A stretch of DNA of 64,000 bases from Anaerolineae bacterium. GTDB lineage: Bacteria; Chloroflexota; Anaerolineae; Aggregatilineales; J027. The translations under genes were made by a program, and so were the position numbers. The notes below the pieces were generated by a model, which searched no databases, had not been told where the DNA came from, and saw nothing but the letters and a program-made list of their open reading frames with translations. This document shows positions 37,980 to 47,485 of the stretch, in pieces; position 1 is the first letter of the stretch; every line of letters begins with the position of its first letter. The DNA lies in NCBI GenBank assembly GCA_019913005.1, contig JAIOHL010000249.1, positions 5,615 through 69,614 of the forward strand. Direction: 5' to 3'.

Positions 37980-39005
37980 ATGACAACTCAGCAACCATTG
38001 ATTGAATTACGGCATGTGCATCGACATTTTAAAAAAGGGCGCACCGACATCCCGGTATTGCAGGACATCAGCTTGGCAGTCCACCCCGGCGAGATTTTGT
38101 GTCTTGTGGGAGAAAGCGGCTGTGGCAAGACGACCACTGGCAAAATTATGGTGGGTTTATTGGCCGAGTCGTCTGGTGAGGTGTTATATGAAGGTCAGCC
38201 GATTCATGGACGCGGACGCAAAGAGAAATCGGAATATCGGCGGTCATTGCAGATCGTTCATCAAGACCCCTTTGCCTCGTTGAATCCTTCGCACACCATC
38301 GGGCAAATTTTGGGCTATCCACTCAAGCGGCATCATCTGGTCAGCAATCGGGCCGAACTGCGCCGTCGGATCTGGGAAATACTGACACTGGTGGATTTAA
38401 CCCCCCCCGGCGATATTGTCAACAAATATCCCCATCAACTCAGTGGGGGGCAGCGCCAACGGGTCAGTATTGCCCGCGCCTTGTCGGTCAATCCGCGATT
38501 GATTGTGGCGGATGAGGCGGTCAGTATGGTGGATGTCAGCATCCGCATCAGCTTGCTCAAAACGCTGCAAAACCTACGCGATAGATTCGGGATTGCGGTG
38601 GTGTTTATCACCCACGACCTCGCCCTTGCCAAATACTTTGCATGGGAGGGCCGGGTGGCGGTGATGTATTTGGGGCGAGTGGTCGAAATTGGCAGCACGC
38701 CGGAAATTATCGGCAGTCCATCCCACCCTTATACTAAAGCCTTGATTTCGGCCATCCCTGAAGCCGACCCGATTGTGACCCGGCGCAAAGAAACCCTGCC
38801 CTTGCGGAGTGATGACATCCCCAGCTTGATCAATATTCCGGCGGGGTGTGCCTTCCATCCACGCTGTCCATTTTTTGTGCCGGGGGTGTGCGATCAGGAA
38901 GTGCCCGCGTTGGAGCCACTCAATGGCTATGGGCAGGAAGTCGCCTGTATACCGTTGACACAAGGAATGGGACTAAGCATCCGTGAATCCACCGCCGCGT
39001 CGTGA
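37980..39005 (+). CDS. ABC transporter ATP-binding protein (DppF/OppF type)
   Basis: GESGCGKTT, LSGGQRQR, LIVADEAVSMVD, CAFHPRCP. Confidence 0.93.
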   Translation: MTTQQPLIELRHVHRHFKKGRTDIPVLQDISLAVHPGEILCLVGESGCGKTTTGKIMVGLLAESSGEVLYEGQPIHGRGRKEKSEYRRSLQIVHQDPFASLNPSHTIGQILGYPLKRHHLVSNRAELRRRIWEILTLVDLTPPGDIVNKYPHQLSGGQRQRVSIARALSVNPRLIVADEAVSMVDVSIRISLLKTLQNLRDRFGIAVVFITHDLALAKYFAWEGRVAVMYLGRVVEIGSTPEIIGSPSHPYTKALISAIPEADPIVTRRKETLPLRSDDIPSLINIPAGCAFHPRCPFFVPGVCDQEVPALEPLNGYGQEVACIPLTQGMGLSIRESTAAS

Positions 39006-39195
39006 ACCCGATGCTATTGAAGTTTTTTTACGTACTTTTTTGGGGTTAGGGGCGTTCATTGCCCTGTGCAGTGTGGTAACGTGGTTAAGCGCCGAGCCGG
39101 ACTCGCCGGAATATACCTTGAGCATCTGCAATATTTTTATTGGGCTGGCGCTGATAGTGGGAGTTGCTGTTTTTGTCAAAGTGTTTCGGCGCTAA
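38983..39195 (+). CDS. possible small two-TM membrane protein (70 aa)
   Basis: GTG start overlaps the end of the ATPase gene. Helices FLGLGAFIALCSVVTWL and NIFIGLALIVGVAVFV. No homology recognised. Confidence 0.35.
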   Translation: MNPPPRREPDAIEVFLRTFLGLGAFIALCSVVTWLSAEPDSPEYTLSICNIFIGLALIVGVAVFVKVFRR

Positions 39196-39208
39196 GGGAG
39201 ACAAGGTG

Positions 39209-39943
39209 ATGATAACCCGCGACTCAGCCGTGCCATTGTATATCCAGATAAAAGAATATATTCGCCATAATATTTTGTCGGGGGCGTATTCCGAAAACAC
39301 CCGGATTCCCTCCGAACGCCAGCTTTCGGAGCAGTTCGAGGTCAGCCGATTGACCGTGACCAAAGCGATTACGGAATTGGTGATGGAAGGGCTGCTGCAT
39401 ACCCGTGTGGGCAAGGGAACGTTTGTCACGCCGGGCAAAATTAACCAAGAACTGCGCACCCTGACCAGCTTTACCGAAGAAATGCAACGACGTGGGCAGG
39501 CCGCCGCTAGTCGTGTTCTTTATGCCAGTGTTGACCCTGCTGAGGAAGAAGTGGCACGGGCATTGGCGTTGGTGCCGGGGGCAAAAGTCATGGTACTCAA
39601 GCGGCTTCGCCTTTCGGACGGTCAGGCCATTGCGCTCGAAATCAGCCATATTATTGACGCGCTGTGCCCGAATATTTTGGACAATCATGATTTTGGTTAT
39701 GAATCGTTGTATCAGGTGCTGCGCGAAGAATATGGCCTGAATATGACCCATGCCCAACAAACCATTGAGGCCCGCCGCGCCACCGCCACCGAACTGGAAC
39801 TGCTCAAAATTGACTCGCATACACCCATTTTGAGTATGACCCGTATTACCTTTAATGAACAAGACGCCCCTTTTGAATATGCACGCTCCGCCTATCGGGG
39901 GGATCGTTATAAATTTAACGCCGTGCTGCACAGCGTAGGATAA
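39209..39943 (+). CDS. GntR family, HutC/NagR-like transcriptional regulator (wHTH + UTRA)
   Basis: LYIQIKEYIRHNILSG...RIPSERQLSEQFEVSRLTVTKAITELVMEGLL. UTRA-like C-terminus. AAGGGAG RBS at 39194-39200. Confidence 0.9.
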   Translation: MITRDSAVPLYIQIKEYIRHNILSGAYSENTRIPSERQLSEQFEVSRLTVTKAITELVMEGLLHTRVGKGTFVTPGKINQELRTLTSFTEEMQRRGQAAASRVLYASVDPAEEEVARALALVPGAKVMVLKRLRLSDGQAIALEISHIIDALCPNILDNHDFGYESLYQVLREEYGLNMTHAQQTIEARRATATELELLKIDSHTPILSMTRITFNEQDAPFEYARSAYRGDRYKFNAVLHSVG

Positions 39944-39946
39944 ACC

Positions 39947-41500
39947 ATGTACCCAACAACTCTTGAAGAAAAAATTGGGCAGATGTTGGTCGTAGGTTTT
40001 CATGGCTATGAAGCCCCCGAATATCTATTGCAATGGCTGACCGAGGGCCGCATTGGTGGGGTCATTCTGTTTGGGCGCAATATTCAAAACCCACAGCAGG
40101 TTGCCAAGCTCACCCAAGCCTTTCATCAAGCGTCGAAATACCCCCTGTTGATTTGTATTGACCAAGAAGGCGGCACAGTGGCCCGTCTGCGCGATGGTTT
40201 CACCGAAAGCCCCGGCGCGATGGCATTGGGCGTGGCGGATTCAGAATCGCTGGCGGAGGATGTTTCCGAAATGCTGGCAACCGAACTGCGGGCACTTGGC
40301 ATCAATTGGAATCTCGCCCCGGTGGTGGACATTACCCATGATATTTCCAATCCGAGTGTAGGCACACGCTCGTTGGGGCGCGATAAGACACGGGTAGCCC
40401 AGTTGGCAGCGGCAGAAGTGCGCGGATTTCAAAAGGCCCATGTCGCGGCGAGCGCCAAACATTTTCCCGGTTTGGGCAATACCCCGGTGGATACTCATTT
40501 GGCGCTGGCGGTCATTGATGGCTCACTCGATTATTTGTGGGAGCATGATCTCGTGCCATTTCGGGCGGTGGTGGACGAGGGCACAGCGACGGTGATGATT
40601 AGCCATGTCAAATTCACCGAACTCGACCCTGCCTATCCGGCAACCCTATCTCCCCGCATAATTCAAGACCTGCTGCGCCGCGAAATTGGTTTTACGGGCG
40701 TGGCCTGTACTGATTGCATGGAGATGAAAGCGATTGCTAACCATTACGGGTCGGGCCAATCGGCAGTGTTGGCGGCATTGGCAGGGGTGGATTTGATTTT
40801 GTTCTCGCACAGTTTCACCGATCAGCACCCCCTCAGTGTTGAGGTCTATTATTCATTATTGGACGCGGCACAGTCCGGGCATCTGCCGATGGCTCGCATT
40901 GATGAAGCTACTTCGCGGGTGACGGCACTCAAAGAGAAATACGCGATTTCTAATGCGCCGCAACTAGATGTAATTCGCAAACCAGAGCATCTGCAATTAG
41001 CCCATCAAGCGGCCCGTGCGGGGGTCGTGCTGGTGAAATCCGAACCGGATATTTTCCCGCTGCGTGAGGGAGCAAAAATTGGGGTGGTCGAATTTGCCTC
41101 GATTATAGATTCGGAAATTATGGAGCAGGGCGGCCTTAGCGGATTTGCCCATCTTTTGCACCAATATGCCCCCCATATACCAAGTGTCAGCCTGCGCCCA
41201 ATGGAGTATCGCCCCGAAGATTTGGCCCGTGCGCGGGAATTAGCCGCGCAGTCGGATGTATTGGTGCTGGCGACGCGAAATGCCCATTTAATTACCGATC
41301 AGTTGAATGTGGCCCGTGATTTATTGACCCTTTCCAAACGGGTAATTTTGATGGCCCTGCGTAATCCGTATGATGTTGAGGTTTTGTCAGAAAGTGGGAC
41401 GATTCTGTGTACCTGCGGTGACAGCAAGCCATCCTTAGCAGCCGGGGTTGAGGCTTTGTTGGGACTTTTTGTGCCGATCACAATGGATCGGACAGCATGA
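39947..41500 (+). CDS. nagZ: beta-N-acetylhexosaminidase, GH3
   Basis: IGQMLVVGF, DQEGGTVARL, KHFPGLGNTPVDTH. Confidence 0.9.
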   Translation: MYPTTLEEKIGQMLVVGFHGYEAPEYLLQWLTEGRIGGVILFGRNIQNPQQVAKLTQAFHQASKYPLLICIDQEGGTVARLRDGFTESPGAMALGVADSESLAEDVSEMLATELRALGINWNLAPVVDITHDISNPSVGTRSLGRDKTRVAQLAAAEVRGFQKAHVAASAKHFPGLGNTPVDTHLALAVIDGSLDYLWEHDLVPFRAVVDEGTATVMISHVKFTELDPAYPATLSPRIIQDLLRREIGFTGVACTDCMEMKAIANHYGSGQSAVLAALAGVDLILFSHSFTDQHPLSVEVYYSLLDAAQSGHLPMARIDEATSRVTALKEKYAISNAPQLDVIRKPEHLQLAHQAARAGVVLVKSEPDIFPLREGAKIGVVEFASIIDSEIMEQGGLSGFAHLLHQYAPHIPSVSLRPMEYRPEDLARARELAAQSDVLVLATRNAHLITDQLNVARDLLTLSKRVILMALRNPYDVEVLSESGTILCTCGDSKPSLAAGVEALLGLFVPITMDRTA

Positions 41501-41616
41501 AGATGTGACATTGGGGCATATCTAAGGTCATATGTTAACTGGCGATGAACTCAATTGAATTTATAATGGATACAAATTCCAACGTTAACGCTTTGTATTG
41601 ATGGAGTTATATTGCC

Positions 41617-42939
41617 ATGCCCTCCAACAAAAGCATCCCCAAAACCGCCACCAAGACTATGCCGGCTGTCCCGCCTCCCAACTATCCGGATTTAATTGGA
41701 CTTGTCACCAATAAGAAACCCATCAATATTGATATAGTCCAATGCGCTGTCGCTACTCGTCCGACCCAAGTGATTGCCGGACAAAATTTTGAACTAATTG
41801 TACTGCTGCAAAACCCGTCTGATATGCAGATCAACGTGGTGATCATGCCCAAGCTACCCGAAGAAGACGCCGCCAAACATCCGCATATGTTTGCCACGCC
41901 TTCGCAGCGGATTCGGGTTGTCCTGCAACCTGCTGAGGTCGGTTATGTGATTATTCCAGCAGTGTGTTTACGCAAGGCCGCCCCCGGCCATTACCCGCTG
42001 ATCACCGAAATCCATGCCGAATTGATGGACAAAACCCAAAAACCCGCTCGTGTGCGTTTGCCAGAGGGTGGAGGTGATCCCAATTTGGGCAGTCTAGCGG
42101 AAGAGGTACGTTTAAGCCTGCTGAGTTTACGCAAGCTCCGTTGGGATGCACATGTGGACACGTGGCGCAAACATAACCTCAATTCCAGTTTTGATGTCAT
42201 CACAGCGGCGGAAGTGCCAGCTATTGCGGTCAAAGGAAGCTGGAACAGCCTGTGGACAATGCGCGATTACCTAGATGAAAATGTGCTGCGAGAGCGGGTC
42301 AAGCCCCAAGTGGATGCTTTTTTGGTAAAACTGGTTGCCCCAGAACTTATCAAGAGTATCAACGAAGCCACTTTAGAGTGGTTCAACAAGACTGGTTATG
42401 TGTTGCAGGCGGTTGAGGCGCTTTATGTTTCCAAAGTGCTGACCCATGTGCTGTGCGAACTTAAAGTCGAGCAACCGACCAAAATCAATCCGAACCCGAC
42501 ATTCCCTGATTGGTATAACAAACTGACGTGGGTGTTTTTTGATGACCCACGCCTCGTGGATTACCCAGATCGTGTAATCAAAGGGCATTTATACCCCGAA
42601 CTCATCAAAGACGCGGTACGCCATTCTTTCAGAATGCTCACGACGGTCTTAAAAGAGGATTTTGGGACGGTTGACGAAATTAACGATTACGCCGAAAACA
42701 TCAGTTCTGCGCTGCAAAACAATACGGAATTGACCTACGCGCAGGTCTATTTACCGCTGATTGCTGCCGGGATCATTATCGCCAATCGCTTGACCATGAG
42801 TGGCGAAAATGTCACCAATTCCCTGCATCAGATTTCGGAAGCACAGACCAAACGCAAAGGCGAATTTAATGAAGACAATGCCTTTATTGTTGAAATTATC
42901 AACAAACTCGTAGACCGTTCGCTGGAGTACAAATTCTAA
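41617..42939 (+). CDS. hypothetical protein, 440 aa, no recognisable motif (beta-rich N-terminal ~130 aa, helical remainder)
   Basis: Long clean ORF with an ATG start, preceded by a 116-nt AT-rich gap and followed by a hairpin plus T-run. Hand-counted GC is about 43-47%, versus mid-50s in nagZ and namZ. Confidence 0.75.
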   Translation: MPSNKSIPKTATKTMPAVPPPNYPDLIGLVTNKKPINIDIVQCAVATRPTQVIAGQNFELIVLLQNPSDMQINVVIMPKLPEEDAAKHPHMFATPSQRIRVVLQPAEVGYVIIPAVCLRKAAPGHYPLITEIHAELMDKTQKPARVRLPEGGGDPNLGSLAEEVRLSLLSLRKLRWDAHVDTWRKHNLNSSFDVITAAEVPAIAVKGSWNSLWTMRDYLDENVLRERVKPQVDAFLVKLVAPELIKSINEATLEWFNKTGYVLQAVEALYVSKVLTHVLCELKVEQPTKINPNPTFPDWYNKLTWVFFDDPRLVDYPDRVIKGHLYPELIKDAVRHSFRMLTTVLKEDFGTVDEINDYAENISSALQNNTELTYAQVYLPLIAAGIIIANRLTMSGENVTNSLHQISEAQTKRKGEFNEDNAFIVEIINKLVDRSLEYKF

Positions 42940-42948
42940 GCATTAGCG

Positions 42949-43002
42949 ACACTCTGGTGTTTCTAATGCTCTATCGTTTTGGACAACACCGGAGTGTTTT
43001 TT
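42949..43002 (+). terminator. 13-bp hairpin plus T-run ending at the namZ start codon
   Basis: ACACTCTGGTGTT (42949-42961) pairs with AACACCGGAGTGT (42985-42997) with one G.U pair, then TTTTT (42998-43002). The 3' arm contains the GGAG that would serve as the namZ RBS. Confidence 0.6.
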
Positions 43003-44169
43003 ATGCCTATCTCAACAGGCCTAGAAGTCCTGCGTGCCGATCATTATCGCCCCCTACAGGGCAAACGGGTTGGTTTGATGACCAATCCCAGTGCTACCGA
43101 TGCTCAATTCAACACCACCTATCAAATTTTCACCCATGCCCCTGAGATTCAACTGACCACTCTGTTTGGCCCGGAACATGGCTTTGTCGGTGCGGCGGCA
43201 GATGGGGCAGAGGTCAATTCCAGCCCTGACCCACGCACCGGAATTCCAATCTACAGCCTCTATGGAGAGACTTTCCGACCTACCGCCGAGATGTTGAGAA
43301 ATATAGATATGCTGGTCTGCGATATTCAAGACATCGGCGTGCGCTTCTATACCTATCTCTGGACGATGTCCTATATTTTGGAGGCGGCAGGCGAATATGG
43401 GGTGGAAGTTATGATTTTAGACCGCCCCAATCCTCTTGGGGGGGTAATTGTCGCTGGCCCGCCCCTCGATCCCTCCGTAGCCTCATTTGTGGGGCGATAT
43501 TCCATCCCTGTGCAGCATGGTATGACGTTGGGTGAGATGGCCCAGTTCTTAAATTCGCACTACAACCCCTATCCCGCTCAATTGACGGTGATTCCGTGCG
43601 AGGGATGGCGGCGGGCGATGACATGGCAGGACACCGGACGGTCATGGGTGCCGACTTCCCCCGCGATTGGTCATCTCAGTGCGGTGCAACATTACCCCGG
43701 TGCGTGTTTTTTGGAGGGCACAACACTTTCGGAGGGACGCGGCACAACATTACCCTTTGAGGTGGTTGGCGCACCCTACATAGATGGTATCACGCTTGCC
43801 GAATCGCTGAATGCCCAAAATTGGCCCGGTGTACTCTTTCGACCCCATAGCTTTCAACCGACTACCAGTAAATGGGTGGGGCAGGAATGTCAGGGCGTAC
43901 AGGCCCATATCACGGATTTTTCACTCTGGCGGCCTATCGAAACATGGCTCGGTGTGATTTGCCATATTCGGGCGCTGTATCCTGAACAATTTGGGTGGTC
44001 GCCCATCAATCCCAAAATGGGTCACTGCCATTTTGATTTATTGACGGGTTCCCCCACCATGCGCGACGCAATTGAGGCCGGGGCGACGATTGAGCAATTA
44101 ACGGCGGGGTGGTCGAAATTTTGTGCCGAATTTGAACGCCGTCGTCAGCCATTTTTATTGTACGAATAG
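43003..44169 (+). CDS. namZ: DUF1343 protein, exo-beta-N-acetylmuramidase NamZ (YbbC) family
   Basis: LQGKRVGLMTNPSATD, LFGPEHGF, VCDIQDIGVRFYTYLWT. Confidence 0.8.
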   Translation: MPISTGLEVLRADHYRPLQGKRVGLMTNPSATDAQFNTTYQIFTHAPEIQLTTLFGPEHGFVGAAADGAEVNSSPDPRTGIPIYSLYGETFRPTAEMLRNIDMLVCDIQDIGVRFYTYLWTMSYILEAAGEYGVEVMILDRPNPLGGVIVAGPPLDPSVASFVGRYSIPVQHGMTLGEMAQFLNSHYNPYPAQLTVIPCEGWRRAMTWQDTGRSWVPTSPAIGHLSAVQHYPGACFLEGTTLSEGRGTTLPFEVVGAPYIDGITLAESLNAQNWPGVLFRPHSFQPTTSKWVGQECQGVQAHITDFSLWRPIETWLGVICHIRALYPEQFGWSPINPKMGHCHFDLLTGSPTMRDAIEAGATIEQLTAGWSKFCAEFERRRQPFLLYE

Positions 44170-44178
44170 GGGGAACGG

Positions 44179-45384
44179 GTGGTACACAAATTTTCATCAA
44201 CTTTAGAAGCACGCCTTGATGAAATCATCACATCTCGCTTGGCTACCGTCGCCCCCGCAGTGACTCTTATGGCGATTTTGCGAGGCGAGATCATGCTGCA
44301 TCGGGCGTGGGGATGGATTGACCCTGATACGAAGCAAATTCCCGTGACGACGGATACCCTGTTTGATTTGGCTTCTGTGACCAAGTTGTTCACGGTGACG
44401 GCCTTTTTGCAGCAGGTCAGTGCAGGACGGGTGGCACTCCATACCCCACTGGTTGAGGTTATCCCCGAATTTGGTGTTTTGAATCCGCGCCCGATGGATG
44501 GAGGGCAAGACCCACACAGCAAAGAAGTGCTGCCGATTCCCGACGCGGTTAAAGGGAAATCGGTTAACCCCTCGCAGGTGAACCTTTTCCATTTATTGAC
44601 CCATACCTCTGGCCTTCCGGCGTGGCGCGATGTGTTTAATGTCGCTGGCCCTGCACCCATGCCACCGACGCAGCGCGACCCTATTGCGCGAGCCGAACGA
44701 TGGTCACGCAGCTTGAGCGCAATTTATAACTATGCGTTTGTGGCCCAACCCGGCGAAAAAGTCATTTACAGCGACATTGGGCTAATGCTGCTCGGAGAGG
44801 CCGTGACCCGATTAACAAAGCGACCTTTAGATGGTGCCATTCGTGAGCATGTCACCGTGCCATTGGATTTATCATCACCTACCTTTAATCCCCCACAAAA
44901 TAATTTTGCGCGTGAATATATTGCCCCGACGGAAAATGACCCCAAATGGCGACAGCGACGGTGTTGGGGAGAGGTGCATGATGAAAATGCCTGCGGGGTC
45001 GGCGGGGTGGCGGGTCACGCCGGGTTATTCGCCAACGTTCGAGATATCGCAGTGTTTGGGCAGGCGTGGTTAAGTCATGACTCCCATCTCAAAATTGACC
45101 CAACCCTCATGGCGGAGGCGGTGCGAGAACAGGCCGAAACCGATGGCAACCGCAAAGGCTTAGGCTGGATGATTAAAGCCCCCGAGGGGTCATCCGCTGG
45201 GGAATATATGGATATTTCGACGTATGGGCACACCGGATTTACGGGGACATCGCTGTTTATTGACCCGATCAAGCAGTTGGTTGTCGCGCTGTTGACCAAT
45301 TCGGTCTATCCGGGTCGGGACGCCCCCGGAAAATTTGAACTGCGCCGCGATGTGCATAACCTGATTGGAAAGGCGGCGGGCTGA
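44179..45384 (+). CDS. beta-lactamase-fold serine hydrolase, AmiE (YbbE)-like candidate MurNAc-L-Ala amidase
   Basis: LASVTK (SxxK), YSDIG, HTGFTG. Position next to nagZ and namZ mirrors the B. subtilis amiE-nagZ-ybbC arrangement. GTG start. Confidence 0.7.
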   Translation: MVHKFSSTLEARLDEIITSRLATVAPAVTLMAILRGEIMLHRAWGWIDPDTKQIPVTTDTLFDLASVTKLFTVTAFLQQVSAGRVALHTPLVEVIPEFGVLNPRPMDGGQDPHSKEVLPIPDAVKGKSVNPSQVNLFHLLTHTSGLPAWRDVFNVAGPAPMPPTQRDPIARAERWSRSLSAIYNYAFVAQPGEKVIYSDIGLMLLGEAVTRLTKRPLDGAIREHVTVPLDLSSPTFNPPQNNFAREYIAPTENDPKWRQRRCWGEVHDENACGVGGVAGHAGLFANVRDIAVFGQAWLSHDSHLKIDPTLMAEAVREQAETDGNRKGLGWMIKAPEGSSAGEYMDISTYGHTGFTGTSLFIDPIKQLVVALLTNSVYPGRDAPGKFELRRDVHNLIGKAAG

Positions 45385-46568
45385 TGCGAATCATTGGTTT
45401 GATGTCCGGCACGTCAGCCGATGGCATTGACGCAGCGTTGTGTGAAATCGAAGGCCAGCCCCCCCAATTACGGGTGAAAATCTTGGCGGCCCTCACGCTG
45501 GATTATCAGCCTGACCAGCGCCAGCGCATCCTTGACGCCTGTCAACCCGCTACCGGGCATGTGGATACATTATGCCGCCTCAATTTCGACTTGGGAGAGT
45601 GGTTCGCACAGGCAGTCCTGAAATTGGTTACACAGGCCGGATTAACTCCCGCCGATATTGACCTCATTGCGTCGCATGGGCAAACCGTGTGGCATCAAGT
45701 CGAGAGTGATGGGCATGTCAGCGCGACACTGCAAATTGGGGAGGCGTCTGTGATTGCCGAACGGACGGGCATTACCACCCTCCACAATTTTCGTCCGCGT
45801 GATGTAACCGCCGGGGGGCAGGGAGCACCACTGACCGGATATGCCGATTGGTTGCTGCTGCGTCACCCCGAACATTGGCGGGCCGTGCAAAATATTGGCG
45901 GCATGGGTAATGTCACCTTTTTGCCGCCTCTGTGTGACGAAAACAGCTTGCCCTTAGCCTTCGATACTGGCCCCGGTAATGTCTTGATTGATATTGCCAC
46001 GACGGTTTTGACCGATGGGGCGCAAACATATGACCGCGATGGGGCATTGGCGGCAAAGGGTCAAATTGATGAGGGGTGGTTGGCGGAATTGATGACCCAT
46101 TCCTATTTTGAACGCCGTCCCCCCAAAACGACGGGTCGGGAGTTATTTGGTTCGGCGATGGCGCAACAATTGGTACGGGTAGGTCAAACACGCGGTTTGA
46201 ATCGAGAGGCGATTATTGTCACTCTGACGGCCCTCACTGCCAGCAGCATTGCCGATGCTTACCGTCTATTCGCCCCTCATCCCCCTGCGGAAGTCATTTT
46301 GGGCGGCGGGGGTCAACATAACCGCACTTTGGTGGCCTATCTGCAAAATTTTATGCCGAATACAAAAATTCTGCGCCATGAGGATATTGGCCTCAGCAGC
46401 GATTTTAAAGAGGCACTTGTTTTTGCGATCTTGGCCTATGAAACATGGCACAACCGCCCCGGTAATATGCCTGCACTGACGGGGGCATCCCACCCGGCGA
46501 TCTTGGGCCAAATCACCCCCGGCAGAAAATATGCGACATTGGTTCAACGAACATGGGGCGCCCCATGA
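45384..46568 (+). CDS. anmK: anhydro-N-acetylmuramic acid kinase
   Basis: MRIIGLMSGTSADGIDAAL, FDTGPGN, length about 390 aa. Confidence 0.92.
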   Translation: MRIIGLMSGTSADGIDAALCEIEGQPPQLRVKILAALTLDYQPDQRQRILDACQPATGHVDTLCRLNFDLGEWFAQAVLKLVTQAGLTPADIDLIASHGQTVWHQVESDGHVSATLQIGEASVIAERTGITTLHNFRPRDVTAGGQGAPLTGYADWLLLRHPEHWRAVQNIGGMGNVTFLPPLCDENSLPLAFDTGPGNVLIDIATTVLTDGAQTYDRDGALAAKGQIDEGWLAELMTHSYFERRPPKTTGRELFGSAMAQQLVRVGQTRGLNREAIIVTLTALTASSIADAYRLFAPHPPAEVILGGGGQHNRTLVAYLQNFMPNTKILRHEDIGLSSDFKEALVFAILAYETWHNRPGNMPALTGASHPAILGQITPGRKYATLVQRTWGAP

Positions 46569-47485
46569 GTCAGTATGTGATGGGCATTGACGGTGGGGGC
46601 AGCAATCTCCGCGTGGTGGTAGCGACCCAAGATTTGCGGGTCGTGGGTGAAAGCCATGCCGGAACGATCAACCCCAGTGTGATTGGACACGAGACAGCGG
46701 CGGGATTGATTCGTCAGCATATGCAGGCCGCAATCGAAAATGCCCATTTGCAGCCTGCCGACATTCGGGCCGTTTGTATTGGGGTGGCGGGGGCATCGGC
46801 TGACCATTCGGCGGATTGGCTGTGTGAGGTCGTTGGCTCCATCACCCCGAATGCCAAAATCCGCCCCAGTGCCGACCAAGAAATCGCGTTGGTGGGGGCA
46901 CATGGCAAGCGCGAAGGGATATTGATTTTGGCGGGGACGGGCAGTATTGCCTATGGGGTCAATCCGGCGGGGCAGGTGGCTGTTGTCGGCGGGTGGGGCT
47001 ATTTGCTTGGCGATGAGGGTAGCGGCTATTGGTTGGGGCTGTCTGCCTTAAAAGCCATCTCGCAGGCCAGTGAGCGCCGTGCGGCAAAAACCACCCTTAC
47101 CGAAAGCGTGCTGCATGAACTGAATTTAGAGAAGCCGCGTGATCTTATTCGCTGGTTGTATGCGGAACCCCGCAACGCTGCAATTGCTCAATTGGCCCCA
47201 GTGGTGATCGAACAGGCCGACGTGGGGGATGCCGTATCCAGTGATCTTGTTGCGGATGCCGTACAGCATTTAGTAGGCCATATCACCGCCCTGCGCGAAA
47301 CGCTCAATTTTCCTGATGCGCCCATTGCCTTCGCGGGTGGATTGTTGACCCATCCCAACGTGCTTAGTTTAGGTTTATGTCGCCACCTTCAACTACCCGC
47401 CATTCCTGTTCCCCGCTATCCTCCGGTGATAGGGGCGGTGCTGTTGGCGCTGGACATGCTTGCACCATCAGAAAAGGAATCCTAA
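46565..47485 (+). CDS. BadF/BadG/BcrA/BcrD-type ATPase, candidate MurNAc/GlcNAc kinase (MurK/NagK-like)
   Basis: VMGIDGGGSNLR, AGTGSIAYG, LGDEGSGYW. ATG 46565 overlaps the anmK stop (ATGA). Confidence 0.8.
   Translation: MSQYVMGIDGGGSNLRVVVATQDLRVVGESHAGTINPSVIGHETAAGLIRQHMQAAIENAHLQPADIRAVCIGVAGASADHSADWLCEVVGSITPNAKIRPSADQEIALVGAHGKREGILILAGTGSIAYGVNPAGQVAVVGGWGYLLGDEGSGYWLGLSALKAISQASERRAAKTTLTESVLHELNLEKPRDLIRWLYAEPRNAAIAQLAPVVIEQADVGDAVSSDLVADAVQHLVGHITALRETLNFPDAPIAFAGGLLTHPNVLSLGLCRHLQLPAIPVPRYPPVIGAVLLALDMLAPSEKES

Noticed and set aside
39224-40003. 259-aa minus-strand ORF exactly as long as, and almost fully antisense to, the GntR regulator gene
   Set aside because: The translation is low-complexity and Gly/Phe/His-rich with no motif. 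The plus-strand frame has a textbook GntR HTH and UTRA domain. This is a typical shadow ORF.
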